Shown in pieces: positions 9,180 to 17,361 of a DNA stretch of 43,339 nt. Source of the DNA: Eubacterium sp. (GTDB lineage Bacteria > Bacillota > Clostridia > Lachnospirales > Lachnospiraceae); assembly GCA_017519155.1 (NCBI GenBank), contig JAFWSY010000083.1, forward strand, positions 1 to 43,339. The letters are read 5' to 3'. Under the pieces are notes generated by a model that searched no databases, was not told where the DNA came from, and saw nothing but the letters and a program-made list of their open reading frames with translations. A program made the position numbers and the translations under genes. Positions within the stretch are counted from its first letter, which is position 1; every line of letters begins with the position of its first letter.

Positions 9180-10631
9180 ATGTATAAACCAACAAAGAGA
9201 GCATGGGTTGTCGGTCTTACAGCAGGAATGATCATAGCGGGTGCCGGAACTACTTTTTCGACACAGGCAGGACAATCATATGACTCATCTAATGTGGGAA
9301 TCTCAAATCGTGTAGGTGATTACATCAAGAGCGGAAAGGAAGAAGATCCGGTAGCTAAGCTTACAAACGGACTTGCATCTGCATCTGATGTCACAACAAG
9401 TAAGAAGAAAAAGGTAGAAGAGGAAGAAGTAGATCTTATCGACGCATCTGCAACAGACGCTAAGTTATATCCTCAGTTTAAAGGAAGAGCAGTTGTTATT
9501 ACAGAAGACAATGTAAATATCAGAACAAAGGATAATACTGATTCAGAGGTTGTCGGAACTCTTGCAAGAGGCGGTATATGTCTTGTAAAAGAGATAGGTA
9601 AGGAATGGACAAAGATTGCTTCAGGTTCATGTGAAGGATATATCGCAAATGAATTCCTTGCTTACGGCGATGATGCAGGTAAGTGGTGCGATGAGAATGG
9701 CATCGAAAGAATAGCAAAGGTAACTACTGCAACTCTTAAGGTTCGTGAAGACAAGAACGAGAGCAGCGACTGCGTAACTCTTATTCCGGAAGGTGAAGAG
9801 TACTATGTATATAGCGTAAGTGGTGATTGGACAGAGGTTTCAGTTGATGATGATATTCGTGGATTTGTAAGAAGCGAATATGTAAATGTTAAGTATGATA
9901 ACCCACTTGCTATATCTGTAGAAGAGCAGGAAGAAATGGACAGAATTGCTCAGGAAGAAGCTGATAGAGCTTGGCTTGCATATCTTGCAGAGCAGAAGGC
10001 ACAGCAGGAAGAAGCAGAGCAGGCTGCACAGGCAGAGCAGACTCAGGTTGCTGACGCTGAGACAGATACACCTGAAGCTGATGAAGCTTCACAGCAGACA
10101 GCAGATGAGGCAAATACTGACGAGACAGCTACTGACGAAACAAATACTGATGAGACAAACACAGATGAAACAAATACTGATGAAACATCAACAGATGATT
10201 CTCAGAGTTCAGAATCAGAAGAAGCTACAGAAGCTGAGACAGAGGCAGAAACAGCTGCACCAGCTGGTTCTACAGGAGTTGATCTTGTAAACTTCGCACT
10301 TCAGTTCGTTGGTAATCCATATGTTTGGGGCGGAACAAGCCTTACAGACGGAGCTGACTGTTCAGGATTCGTTCAGAGCGTATATGCTGCATTTGGTTAT
10401 TCACTTCCACGTACAGCTGATGTACAGGCAGAGTGTGGTGTTGAAGTTAGTCTTTCAGACCTTCAGCCTGGAGATCTCTTATTCTACTGGAATGGTTATG
10501 AGATTGGCCACGTTGCCATTTATGCAGGTGATGGAATCGTAGTTCATGCATCAAATTCACGAGATGGTATCAAGACTTCACCGTTTAACTACAGAACACC
10601 TTGCAAGGCATGCAGAATTATCGGACAGTAA
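9180..10631 (+). CDS. Secreted peptidoglycan endopeptidase: 2x SH3b, acidic linker, NlpC/P60
   Basis: Signal peptide; VNIRTKD...WTKI...GYI and LKVRED...WTEV...GFV SH3b repeats; GNPYVWGG, DCSGFV, PGDLLF, HVAIYAG, VHAS; ATG at 9180 after AGGAGG. Confidence 0.92.
   Translation: MYKPTKRAWVVGLTAGMIIAGAGTTFSTQAGQSYDSSNVGISNRVGDYIKSGKEEDPVAKLTNGLASASDVTTSKKKKVEEEEVDLIDASATDAKLYPQFKGRAVVITEDNVNIRTKDNTDSEVVGTLARGGICLVKEIGKEWTKIASGSCEGYIANEFLAYGDDAGKWCDENGIERIAKVTTATLKVREDKNESSDCVTLIPEGEEYYVYSVSGDWTEVSVDDDIRGFVRSEYVNVKYDNPLAISVEEQEEMDRIAQEEADRAWLAYLAEQKAQQEEAEQAAQAEQTQVADAETDTPEADEASQQTADEANTDETATDETNTDETNTDETNTDETSTDDSQSSESEEATEAETEAETAAPAGSTGVDLVNFALQFVGNPYVWGGTSLTDGADCSGFVQSVYAAFGYSLPRTADVQAECGVEVSLSDLQPGDLLFYWNGYEIGHVAIYAGDGIVVHASNSRDGIKTSPFNYRTPCKACRIIGQ
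10101..10199 (+). repeat. In-frame 15-bp tandem repeat (TDETN) in the linker
   Basis: About 6-7 degenerate units of acwgaygaracaaay. Confidence 0.85.
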
Positions 10632-10661
10632 ATTAATGTTATAGTAATTATATTACCTTTT

Positions 10662-10691
10662 AAGCGGTCAGCACTTAGCTGGCCGCTTTTT
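10662..10691 (+). terminator. Rho-independent terminator
   Basis: aagcggtcagc-actta-gctggccgctt followed by a T-run. Confidence 0.85.
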
Positions 10692-10708
10692 AACGCTTAA
10701 TAGAAATC

Positions 10709-10867
10709 GATGGTGCACAATCGCTGAACAAGCCTGCTACGCATGCTTAAAGCTCTTCGAGCTTCTTTGTTCAGCGATGATGAGACTTCGTCTCATATAA
10801 ACAGAAAAATATAAACTCCGTTGCTAATAAATTAGCACGGTGTTTATATTTTTCTGTTTGCATCATC
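10709..10867. repeat. Multi-branched palindromic element (closing stem plus three arms)
   Basis: gatggtgca/tgcatcatc closes three arms: atcgctgaacaa/ttgttcagcgat, atgagac/gtctcat, and aaacagaaaaatataaac/gtttatatttttctgttt. Confidence 0.7.
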
Positions 10868-10949
10868 TCAGAATGTCACATTTTGTGCAATCTGCACAAT
10901 AGAATGACGACGTGGTTGACAATAATTAACATAGGATTACATAAATCGA

Positions 10950-11016
10950 TGTTGATAAACACCCTTTGGAACCCTTTATTCTACGGTTATTAACAAAGTT
11001 ATCAACATTATCAACA
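10950..11016. promoter_or_regulatory. DnaA-box-like cluster
   Basis: TGTTGATAA 10950-10958 (reverse), TTATTAACA 10987-10995, TTATCAACA 10999-11007 and 11008-11016, compared with consensus TTATCCACA. Confidence 0.55.
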
Positions 11017-11154
11017 TGAAATGGGTATACATAATAAGTGATTATGGGTGTCAAGAAGTAAAATAAATTTCGTTATTTCTAACAAACTTTTCAAAAATGG
11101 CAATTTTTTTCCCTACATATATAAGTAATTCTCCTGTAATTAGGAATAAAAACT

Positions 11155-11184
11155 TTGGCACATATAAGCTTTATATGTTATAAT
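11155..11184 (+). promoter_or_regulatory. Sigma-A-like promoter of hpf
   Basis: TTGGCA(11155-11160), 18 nt, TATAAT(11179-11184). Confidence 0.55.
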
Positions 11185-11255
11185 TTCCTTAACACCATTT
11201 TCGATTAAGCTTCATCCGAAAATGATGTAAAACTAGCGAGAAGGAGAATGAGACT

Positions 11256-11786
11256 ATGAATTATAACATTGCGGGAAAAAATATCGATTTAACAGAGGGA
11301 CTTAAACAGGCTGTATATGACAAGCTGGGAAGACTTGAGAAATTCTTCGCAGAAGATGCTAATGCAAATATTACTCTATCAGTTGAAAAGGAGAGACAGA
11401 AGATAGAGGTAACAATCCCTATGAAGGGACATATCATAAGAGCAGAGCAGGTAAGTGACGATATGTATGTATCAATAGATATGGTTGCTGAAACTATAGA
11501 GAGACAGGTTGTTAGATATAAGAAGAAGATTATAGATCAGAATCAGGATGCTGCATTCTTCCAGAATCGTTTCCTTGAGGAAGAGGATGTTGAAGATTAT
11601 GATGAGATCCAGATCATCAGAAGCAAGAGATTCCCTGTTAAGCCTATGTATCCTGAGGATGCATGTGTACAGATGGAGCTTCTGGGACACAGCTTCTATA
11701 TGTTCAGAAATGCAGAGACCGATGAGGTTAATGTAGTTTATAAGAGAAAGGGAAATACCTACGGTCTTATAGAACCTGAATATTAA
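11256..11786 (+). CDS. hpf: Ribosome hibernation promoting factor (long HPF/RaiA)
   Basis: GKNIDLTEGLK, IRAEQVSDDMYVSID, KPMYPEDACVQMELLGHSFYMFRNAETDEVNVVYKRKGNTYGLIEP. Confidence 0.95.
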   Translation: MNYNIAGKNIDLTEGLKQAVYDKLGRLEKFFAEDANANITLSVEKERQKIEVTIPMKGHIIRAEQVSDDMYVSIDMVAETIERQVVRYKKKIIDQNQDAAFFQNRFLEEEDVEDYDEIQIIRSKRFPVKPMYPEDACVQMELLGHSFYMFRNAETDEVNVVYKRKGNTYGLIEPEY

Positions 11787-11812
11787 AAAAATACACAGTT
11801 AGATAAATAATC

Positions 11813-11853
11813 GGGAGGCAGTTCATGGATGCTTGCATCGTGGACTGCCTCTT
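11813..11853 (+). terminator. Hairpin after hpf (probable terminator)
   Basis: gggaggcagttcatg-gatgcttgcatc-gtggactgcctctt. Confidence 0.6.
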
Positions 11854-11908
11854 GAGTTTATGGAAAGATTAATCACGTGGTCATAGATATAGATAAACGA
11901 GGAAAGGT

Positions 11909-12703
11909 ATGGCGTATCAGTTAAACAAAAATGAAGAAACTGATGTAGAGAACAGAGATGTATGGTCTGCTCCGGACTGGAGTACTTATCAGACTACATC
12001 CGGAGACGGAGGATTCCTTGATTCATTCAACGAGTTGAAACGTCAGATGGATTTTGTTGCTGGTCAGTATATGACTCAACAGGAGAATATGAAGAAAAGA
12101 AAAGCCCAACTGGATAAAGAGGCTAAGGATAGTATGATTACAACAGGTATAATAGCGCTTATCCCGGCGGCCTATAACCTGGTATTGCTTCTACTGTCTT
12201 TGCTTGGAAGTCTTTCAGGACTGTTCAGTATATTTTATGTATTTATGTATGTCCTTAACTTAGCTGTTTTTATTGTATGTGAATTCTATGTTCTTCCGGG
12301 AGCCATAAGGAATATGGCTAATCGCCTGTGGCAGAAGAAGATACTTAACTCAGGGCCTGAACAGATGGCATATAGACAGAAGAATCATATCATTTCCTTT
12401 GATGATGAGAGACGCTTCCTTGAAGACAGAATCGACAGATATAACGAGATGTGTAAGGAGATAGAGGAGAAAGAGCTGGATAAAGGAAGTGGAATATTCA
12501 GCGTTTTATATGTTGGTGAAACAGATGAACTTCTTCCTGAACAAAGAGACATACTGGATAATATGAGAAAGCTAACTATTCAGAAGGATTATCAGGCGAC
12601 AGTTTCAGAAACAAGAAAAGATGCCGGGCCTGAATGGCTGATTATAGGATTTTCAATATTCGTCGGCCTTCTATGTTTTCTTGCTGTTTTAGCAACAAGA
12701 TGA
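11909..12703 (+). CDS. Hypothetical membrane protein (about 3 TM segments, coiled-coil regions)
   Basis: GAGG RBS; hydrophobic segments at about aa 78-130 and at the C-terminus; no family recognised. Confidence 0.75.
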   Translation: MAYQLNKNEETDVENRDVWSAPDWSTYQTTSGDGGFLDSFNELKRQMDFVAGQYMTQQENMKKRKAQLDKEAKDSMITTGIIALIPAAYNLVLLLLSLLGSLSGLFSIFYVFMYVLNLAVFIVCEFYVLPGAIRNMANRLWQKKILNSGPEQMAYRQKNHIISFDDERRFLEDRIDRYNEMCKEIEEKELDKGSGIFSVLYVGETDELLPEQRDILDNMRKLTIQKDYQATVSETRKDAGPEWLIIGFSIFVGLLCFLAVLATR

Positions 12704-12756
12704 GTCATATCCGCAAGATGGGCTTATATGAGCTTTATCTACAAGCTGGATTTTTA

Positions 12757-12785
12757 TTGACACGGGAATAAAACAGTGATAATAT
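12757..12785 (+). promoter_or_regulatory. Sigma-A promoter of the riboswitch-controlled unit
   Basis: TTGACA(12757-12762), 17 nt, TAATAT(12780-12785), with extended TG at 12777-12778. Confidence 0.75.
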
Positions 12786-12800
12786 CATCATCAATATAGA

Positions 12801-12887
12801 CAAGGGAGTAGCTTCCAGCTTAAAGGTTGGTTACATGAATCGTCATCACGATTTTATTCCGGTTATGTAGTAATTATGCGAGACTTG
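12801..12887 (+). ncRNA. yybP-ykoY (Mn2+-sensing) riboswitch aptamer
   Basis: caagGGAGTAGC ... aatCGTCATCACGatt ... CCGG ... GCGAGActtg: the L1 and L3 signature strands of the family; P1 is caag/cttg. Confidence 0.85.
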
Positions 12888-12924
12888 AACTATAGGAAAC
12901 TATAGTTTATGTCTCGCTTTTTTT
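12878..12924 (+). terminator. Riboswitch expression platform (intrinsic terminator overlapping the aptamer 3' strand)
   Basis: gcgagac..aactatag-gaaa-ctatagtt..gtctcgc-ttttttt; its 5' arm is the aptamer's GCGAGAC strand, so the two folds are mutually exclusive. Confidence 0.85.
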
Positions 12925-12963
12925 CATAAATAGATATGTGTATGAAGAAAGGGGGTGGGAAGA

Positions 12964-13824
12964 ATGATCATATCGGGACTTAATGAGAAGATGGATAAGC
13001 TTGATACTATCAGATCCAGAGCGAATCTTGGAGCGATTCTTATAGGATCGGGCATTATTGTTTTCTTTCCATCAATGGCAATTCTTAGATCTGACGGATT
13101 ATGTATATTTGCTGTATTTCTTATGGTGTCGGGATATTTATTTTTGATAGGTATCAAAAGAAGATATAAGAGATTATATAAAGAAGTCTTTGTTGAGGAT
13201 ACATTGAATGCCAATTTTGAAAATGTACTCTATGTATGGAATGGTGGTTTTTCCAAACAACAGATTATGAACTTAAGTATGTTTGCTAACGGAACAATGT
13301 ACAAATCTGAAGATTATCTTCGCGCAAGATATCATGGAACAGATTTTGAGATGGCAGATGTTTATATATCATGTAATGGAAATAATAGTTCCACGTTATT
13401 TAAAGGAAGAATAATAATATTTGACTTTCCTGATAAAATAATACGACCTACAAGGATTTATTCCGAGTCTTTTTCTTACAAAACCCAAGAAGCTATGCTG
13501 CATTCAGAAAAAGTAGAAATGGAAAGTGCAAAATTCAACAAAGCTTTTCAGGTTTTTTCCAAGAGCCCGCATGATACATTTTATCTGCTCACGCCACAGT
13601 TTATGGAAAGACTTATGGTATTAAAAGAAAAATATGAAAATATAGCCATATGCTTTGATTATAACAGAGTTGTTTTTGCATTTAATGAAAGAACTAATGA
13701 TGCTTTTGACAGAACAATGCTAGATAATAAAAGTATAAGCTATCCGAGGGAAATAGAAAAAGTTCAAAAAGAGGTTGATGATATTAAATACATTATTGAT
13801 ATGATAAATCAAATAGGAGGATAA
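12964..13824 (+). CDS. DUF3137-family membrane protein
   Basis: Two N-terminal TM helices, then SEDYL..., LFKGRIIIFDF, VEMESAKFNKAFQVFS, YLLTPQFMERL; adjacent to lemA, as I recall is typical for this family; ATG at 12964 after a GGGGG/GGGA RBS. Confidence 0.75.
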   Translation: MIISGLNEKMDKLDTIRSRANLGAILIGSGIIVFFPSMAILRSDGLCIFAVFLMVSGYLFLIGIKRRYKRLYKEVFVEDTLNANFENVLYVWNGGFSKQQIMNLSMFANGTMYKSEDYLRARYHGTDFEMADVYISCNGNNSSTLFKGRIIIFDFPDKIIRPTRIYSESFSYKTQEAMLHSEKVEMESAKFNKAFQVFSKSPHDTFYLLTPQFMERLMVLKEKYENIAICFDYNRVVFAFNERTNDAFDRTMLDNKSISYPREIEKVQKEVDDIKYIIDMINQIGG

Positions 13825-13828
13825 ATAA

Positions 13829-14368
13829 ATGTTAGTTATATTAGGAGTTATTTTAATAATTGCTTTATGCATAGTTATATGGTATGTGGGAACATCAAAC
13901 AGAATCAGGATGTCGGATATGAAAATATCAGAGGCACTTTCAGGAATAGATATTGCACTTACTAAAAGACATGATGTGCTTATGAAGATGATGGATTCAG
14001 TAAAGGCTTTTCAGCAGTATGAGGCAGATACCTTCACAAAGCTTGTTGGTATTCGAATGGGAATGTCTATGAAGGAAAGAAAAGATGCTAACAGGGATAT
14101 GGATAAACTGAGTTCAGAGATCCGCTTATTGGTAGAGAATTATCCGGAGCTTAAATCCCGCGAGAATTATGTGGCACTTCAAAGAAGTATAGTTGATGTT
14201 GAAGAACATCTGCAGGCATCAAGAAGACTGTATAATTCCAATGTTACTGCATATAATAGATATATAATTACATTTCCCAGCAGTATAGTTGCAGGAATGA
14301 TGGGAGCTATACAGAAACAATACTTTGAAGCAGAAAACTATAAAAGAGAAGATGTACAATTATTTTAA
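13829..14368 (+). CDS. lemA: LemA family protein
   Basis: N-terminal TM, IDIALTKRHD, ENYPELKS, EEHLQASRRLYNSNVTAYN, FPSSIVAG; GGAGG RBS. Confidence 0.92.
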   Translation: MLVILGVILIIALCIVIWYVGTSNRIRMSDMKISEALSGIDIALTKRHDVLMKMMDSVKAFQQYEADTFTKLVGIRMGMSMKERKDANRDMDKLSSEIRLLVENYPELKSRENYVALQRSIVDVEEHLQASRRLYNSNVTAYNRYIITFPSSIVAGMMGAIQKQYFEAENYKREDVQLF

Positions 14369-14429
14369 TGTAAAGCCGGCGAGGTTTTTATGAAACCCAT
14401 TGGTATTAACCAGTGGGTTTCAATTTTTC

Positions 14430-14458
14430 TTGCCATAAAACTCTGTAGGTGTTATTAT
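14430..14458 (+). promoter_or_regulatory. Sigma-A-like promoter of secA
   Basis: TTGCCA(14430-14435), 17 nt, TATTAT(14453-14458), with extended TG. Confidence 0.6.
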
Positions 14459-14523
14459 ATGAAGATGTTTTAATGGATAAGTATCCGCTGCGATAGGCAG
14501 TGGTCAGATTTGGAGGAAATAAA

Positions 14524-17226
14524 ATGTCACTCACTGACAAAATATTCGGTACACACAGTGACCGTGAACTTAAGAAAATTAAACCGCTTGTAGATAAGAT
14601 TCTTGCGCTGGATGAGGAGATGCAGGCGTTATCAGATGATGAGCTGAGAGCTCGTACTGAGGTATTTAAGAAGAGACTTGCTGAAGGAGAAACTCTGGAT
14701 GATATCCTTGTGGATGCATTTGCGACCGTAAGAGAAGCTGCATACAGAGCAATAGGACTTAAACCATTCCCTGTACAGATCATGGGTGGTATCATTCTTC
14801 ACCAGGGCCGTCTGGCTGAGATGCGTACAGGTGAAGGTAAAACTCTTGTATCTACCATGCCTGCTTACCTGAATGCTCTTGAAGGCAAGGGTGTACATAT
14901 CGTAACAGTTAACGATTACCTGGCTAAGCGTGATGCTGAGTGGATGGGTAACGTGCATAGATTCCTTGGTCTTACAGTAAGTGCTATAATGCATGATTTT
15001 TCAACTGAGGAAAGACAGGAAGCATATAACTGTGATATCACATATATCACAAATAACGAGCTTGGTTTCGATTATCTTCGTGATAACATGGCTGTTTATA
15101 AGGAGAACCTGGTACAGCGCGGTCTCCACTATGCCATCATCGACGAGATCGACTCTATCCTTATAGATGAGGCAAGAACACCTCTTATCATTTCCGGACA
15201 GAGCGGAAAATCAACTGAGATTTACAAGATGTGCGACTATCTGGCTCGCCGTATGCAGCGTGGTACTGCATCGACCGAAATCAGCAAGATGGATGCCATC
15301 ATGGGTACAGAGATTGAGGAGGATGGAGATTATCTCGTAAATGAGAAGGATAAGTTCATCGTCTTCACCGAGCAGGGTGTTAAGGAGATAGAGCAGTTTT
15401 TCCATATAGATAACTTAACAGATCCTGAAAATATCGAAATTCATCACACTATGCTCCAGGCTGTTAGAGCTCATGCTCTTATGCACAGGGATCAGGACTA
15501 TGTGGTTAAAGATGATGAGGTTCTTATCGTTGATGAGTTCACCGGACGTATCATGCCGGGACGTCGTTTCAATGAGGGTCTCCATCAGGCAATAGAAGCA
15601 AAGGAAAATGTAAAGGTTAAGCGTGAGAGTAAGACTCTTGCAACTATTACATTCCAGAACTTCTTCAATAAATATGAAAAGAAGGCAGGTATGACAGGTA
15701 CTGCCCAGACAGAGGAGCAGGAGTTCCGTGAGATATACGGAATGGACGTTGTAGTTGTTCCTACAAACAGACCTGTTGCCCGTATAGATCAGGATGATTC
15801 TATCTTCAAGACCAAGAAGGAAAAGCTGAATGCTATCATTGACTCTGTTGTTGAGGCACATGAGAGACAGCAGCCTGTTCTTGTAGGTACTGTAAATATC
15901 GATTCATCAGAGGAAATTAGTAAGCTTCTTAAGGCTAAGGGAGTTAAGCATAATGTCCTGAATGCCAAGTATCATGAACAGGAAGCTGAAATAGTTGCTC
16001 AGGCAGGTCGTGCCGGAGCAGTTACCATCGCTACTAACATGGCAGGACGTGGTACTGATATCACTCTTGGTGGAAATGTAAAGCATATGATTCCTGATAT
16101 TCTCAGGACTCACCATATAAAGTTTGAGCAGGCTACACCTGAAGATCTTAAAGCTGCAGAGGAAGAGGCTCAGGCTATAGTTGATAAGGAAGCAGAGATA
16201 GTTAAAGCGGCAGGTGGTCTCAAGGTTATTGGTACTGAGAGACATGAGTCCCGTCGTATAGATAACCAGCTCCGTGGACGTTCAGGACGTCAGGGAGATC
16301 CGGGTGAATCTAAGTTCTATCTTTCACTTGAGGATGATCTGATGAGACTCTTCGGTTCAGAAAGAGTTATGGGTATTTATGATACTCTGAAGATTCCTGA
16401 AGGAGAAGAGATAGAGCATAAGACAATAACGAAGTTCGTTGAAAGAGCTCAGAAGAAGATCGAGTCCAACAACTTCGGTATCAGAAAGAACCTCCTGGAG
16501 TACGATCAGGTTAACAACGAGCAGCGTGAAGTTATTTATGCTGAGAGACGTAAGGTTCTGGATGGCGAGAACATGCACGATACAGTTCGTGAGATGATAA
16601 CAGATACTGTAGGAAGCTATGTCGGAAGAATCGCTTCAAGTGAAGTAGATCCGAGCGAATGGGATATGGGAGAACTCAGTGCTATGCTTGATCCTATTGT
16701 TCCATTTGGCAAGATACAGCTTACAGATGAAGAGAAGAATAAGGGAAATGCAAACGCTCTTACAAAGCGTCTCCAGGATAAGGCTCTTGAAATGTATGAA
16801 GAGCGCTGCAAGGAAGAGTTCGAATCAGAAGAACAGCTTGCAGAAATCGAGCGTGTTATCATACTTAAGACTGTCGACAGAAAGTGGATGGATAACATTG
16901 ACGATATGGAACAGCTTCGTCAGGGTATCGGTCTTCAGGGATATGGTAATAAGGATCCGCTTGTAGAGTACAAGCTTGCCGGATATGACATGTTCAATGA
17001 CATGATCGCTTCCATTAAGGAAGAAACAGCTCGTATCATGTTCCATGTCAGACTTAAACCAAGGGAAGAGGTTAAGAGAGAGCAGGTTGCTAAGGAAACC
17101 GGTACTAACAAGGATGAGACATTAAAGAAGGAGCCTACAAAGCGTAAGGCTAAGAAGATTGGAAGAAATGATCCGTGCCCATGCGGCTCTGGTCAGAAGT
17201 ATAAAAATTGTTGCGGCAGAGCATGA
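14524..17226 (+). CDS. secA: Preprotein translocase ATPase SecA
   Basis: MRTGEGKT, DEIDSILIDEARTPLIISG, ATNMAGRGTDI, HESRRIDNQLRGRSGRQGDPG, SEC-C motif GRNDPCPCGSGQKYKNCCG; ATG at 14524 after GGAGG. Confidence 0.98.
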   Translation: MSLTDKIFGTHSDRELKKIKPLVDKILALDEEMQALSDDELRARTEVFKKRLAEGETLDDILVDAFATVREAAYRAIGLKPFPVQIMGGIILHQGRLAEMRTGEGKTLVSTMPAYLNALEGKGVHIVTVNDYLAKRDAEWMGNVHRFLGLTVSAIMHDFSTEERQEAYNCDITYITNNELGFDYLRDNMAVYKENLVQRGLHYAIIDEIDSILIDEARTPLIISGQSGKSTEIYKMCDYLARRMQRGTASTEISKMDAIMGTEIEEDGDYLVNEKDKFIVFTEQGVKEIEQFFHIDNLTDPENIEIHHTMLQAVRAHALMHRDQDYVVKDDEVLIVDEFTGRIMPGRRFNEGLHQAIEAKENVKVKRESKTLATITFQNFFNKYEKKAGMTGTAQTEEQEFREIYGMDVVVVPTNRPVARIDQDDSIFKTKKEKLNAIIDSVVEAHERQQPVLVGTVNIDSSEEISKLLKAKGVKHNVLNAKYHEQEAEIVAQAGRAGAVTIATNMAGRGTDITLGGNVKHMIPDILRTHHIKFEQATPEDLKAAEEEAQAIVDKEAEIVKAAGGLKVIGTERHESRRIDNQLRGRSGRQGDPGESKFYLSLEDDLMRLFGSERVMGIYDTLKIPEGEEIEHKTITKFVERAQKKIESNNFGIRKNLLEYDQVNNEQREVIYAERRKVLDGENMHDTVREMITDTVGSYVGRIASSEVDPSEWDMGELSAMLDPIVPFGKIQLTDEEKNKGNANALTKRLQDKALEMYEERCKEEFESEEQLAEIERVIILKTVDRKWMDNIDDMEQLRQGIGLQGYGNKDPLVEYKLAGYDMFNDMIASIKEETARIMFHVRLKPREEVKREQVAKETGTNKDETLKKEPTKRKAKKIGRNDPCPCGSGQKYKNCCGRA

Positions 17227-17330
17227 TTCACAGAGTGAATCATGCGCATTAGGACAAGTTGCGAAGCAACTTCGTCCGTAGTTAGCCGCAGTGCCATTAA
17301 GGCACGTGCGTGCCTTGATGGGCAGGCGGC
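17221..17330. repeat. GC-rich multi-hairpin element between secA and prfB
   Basis: gcatgattcac-aga-gtgaatcatgc; ggac-aagttgc-GAA-gcaactt-c-gtcc; ccattaaggcacg/cgtgccttgatgg. Confidence 0.6.
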
Positions 17331-17361
17331 GTGTACTGTGGTCAAGAAAGGTGGTGGTCGT

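Noticed and set aside
10101-10199. CRISPR-like periodic repeats (also 24930-25220)
   Set aside because: These are in-frame coding repeats without unique spacers; no cas genes.
10950-11130. Replication origin
   Set aside because: No dnaA/dnaN/rpmH nearby, no perfect TTATCCACA boxes, and no switch in gene orientation.
10631-11255. raiA-motif RNA or c-di-AMP riboswitch upstream of hpf
   Set aside because: AATCGCTGAA resembles the ydaO 5' end, but it is fully paired in a hairpin and I could not find the other conserved blocks of either RNA.
17242-17361. N-terminal extension of the 65-aa ORF
   Set aside because: It runs through the palindromic element; the real prfB start is GTG 17362 behind an SD-like AAGGTGG.
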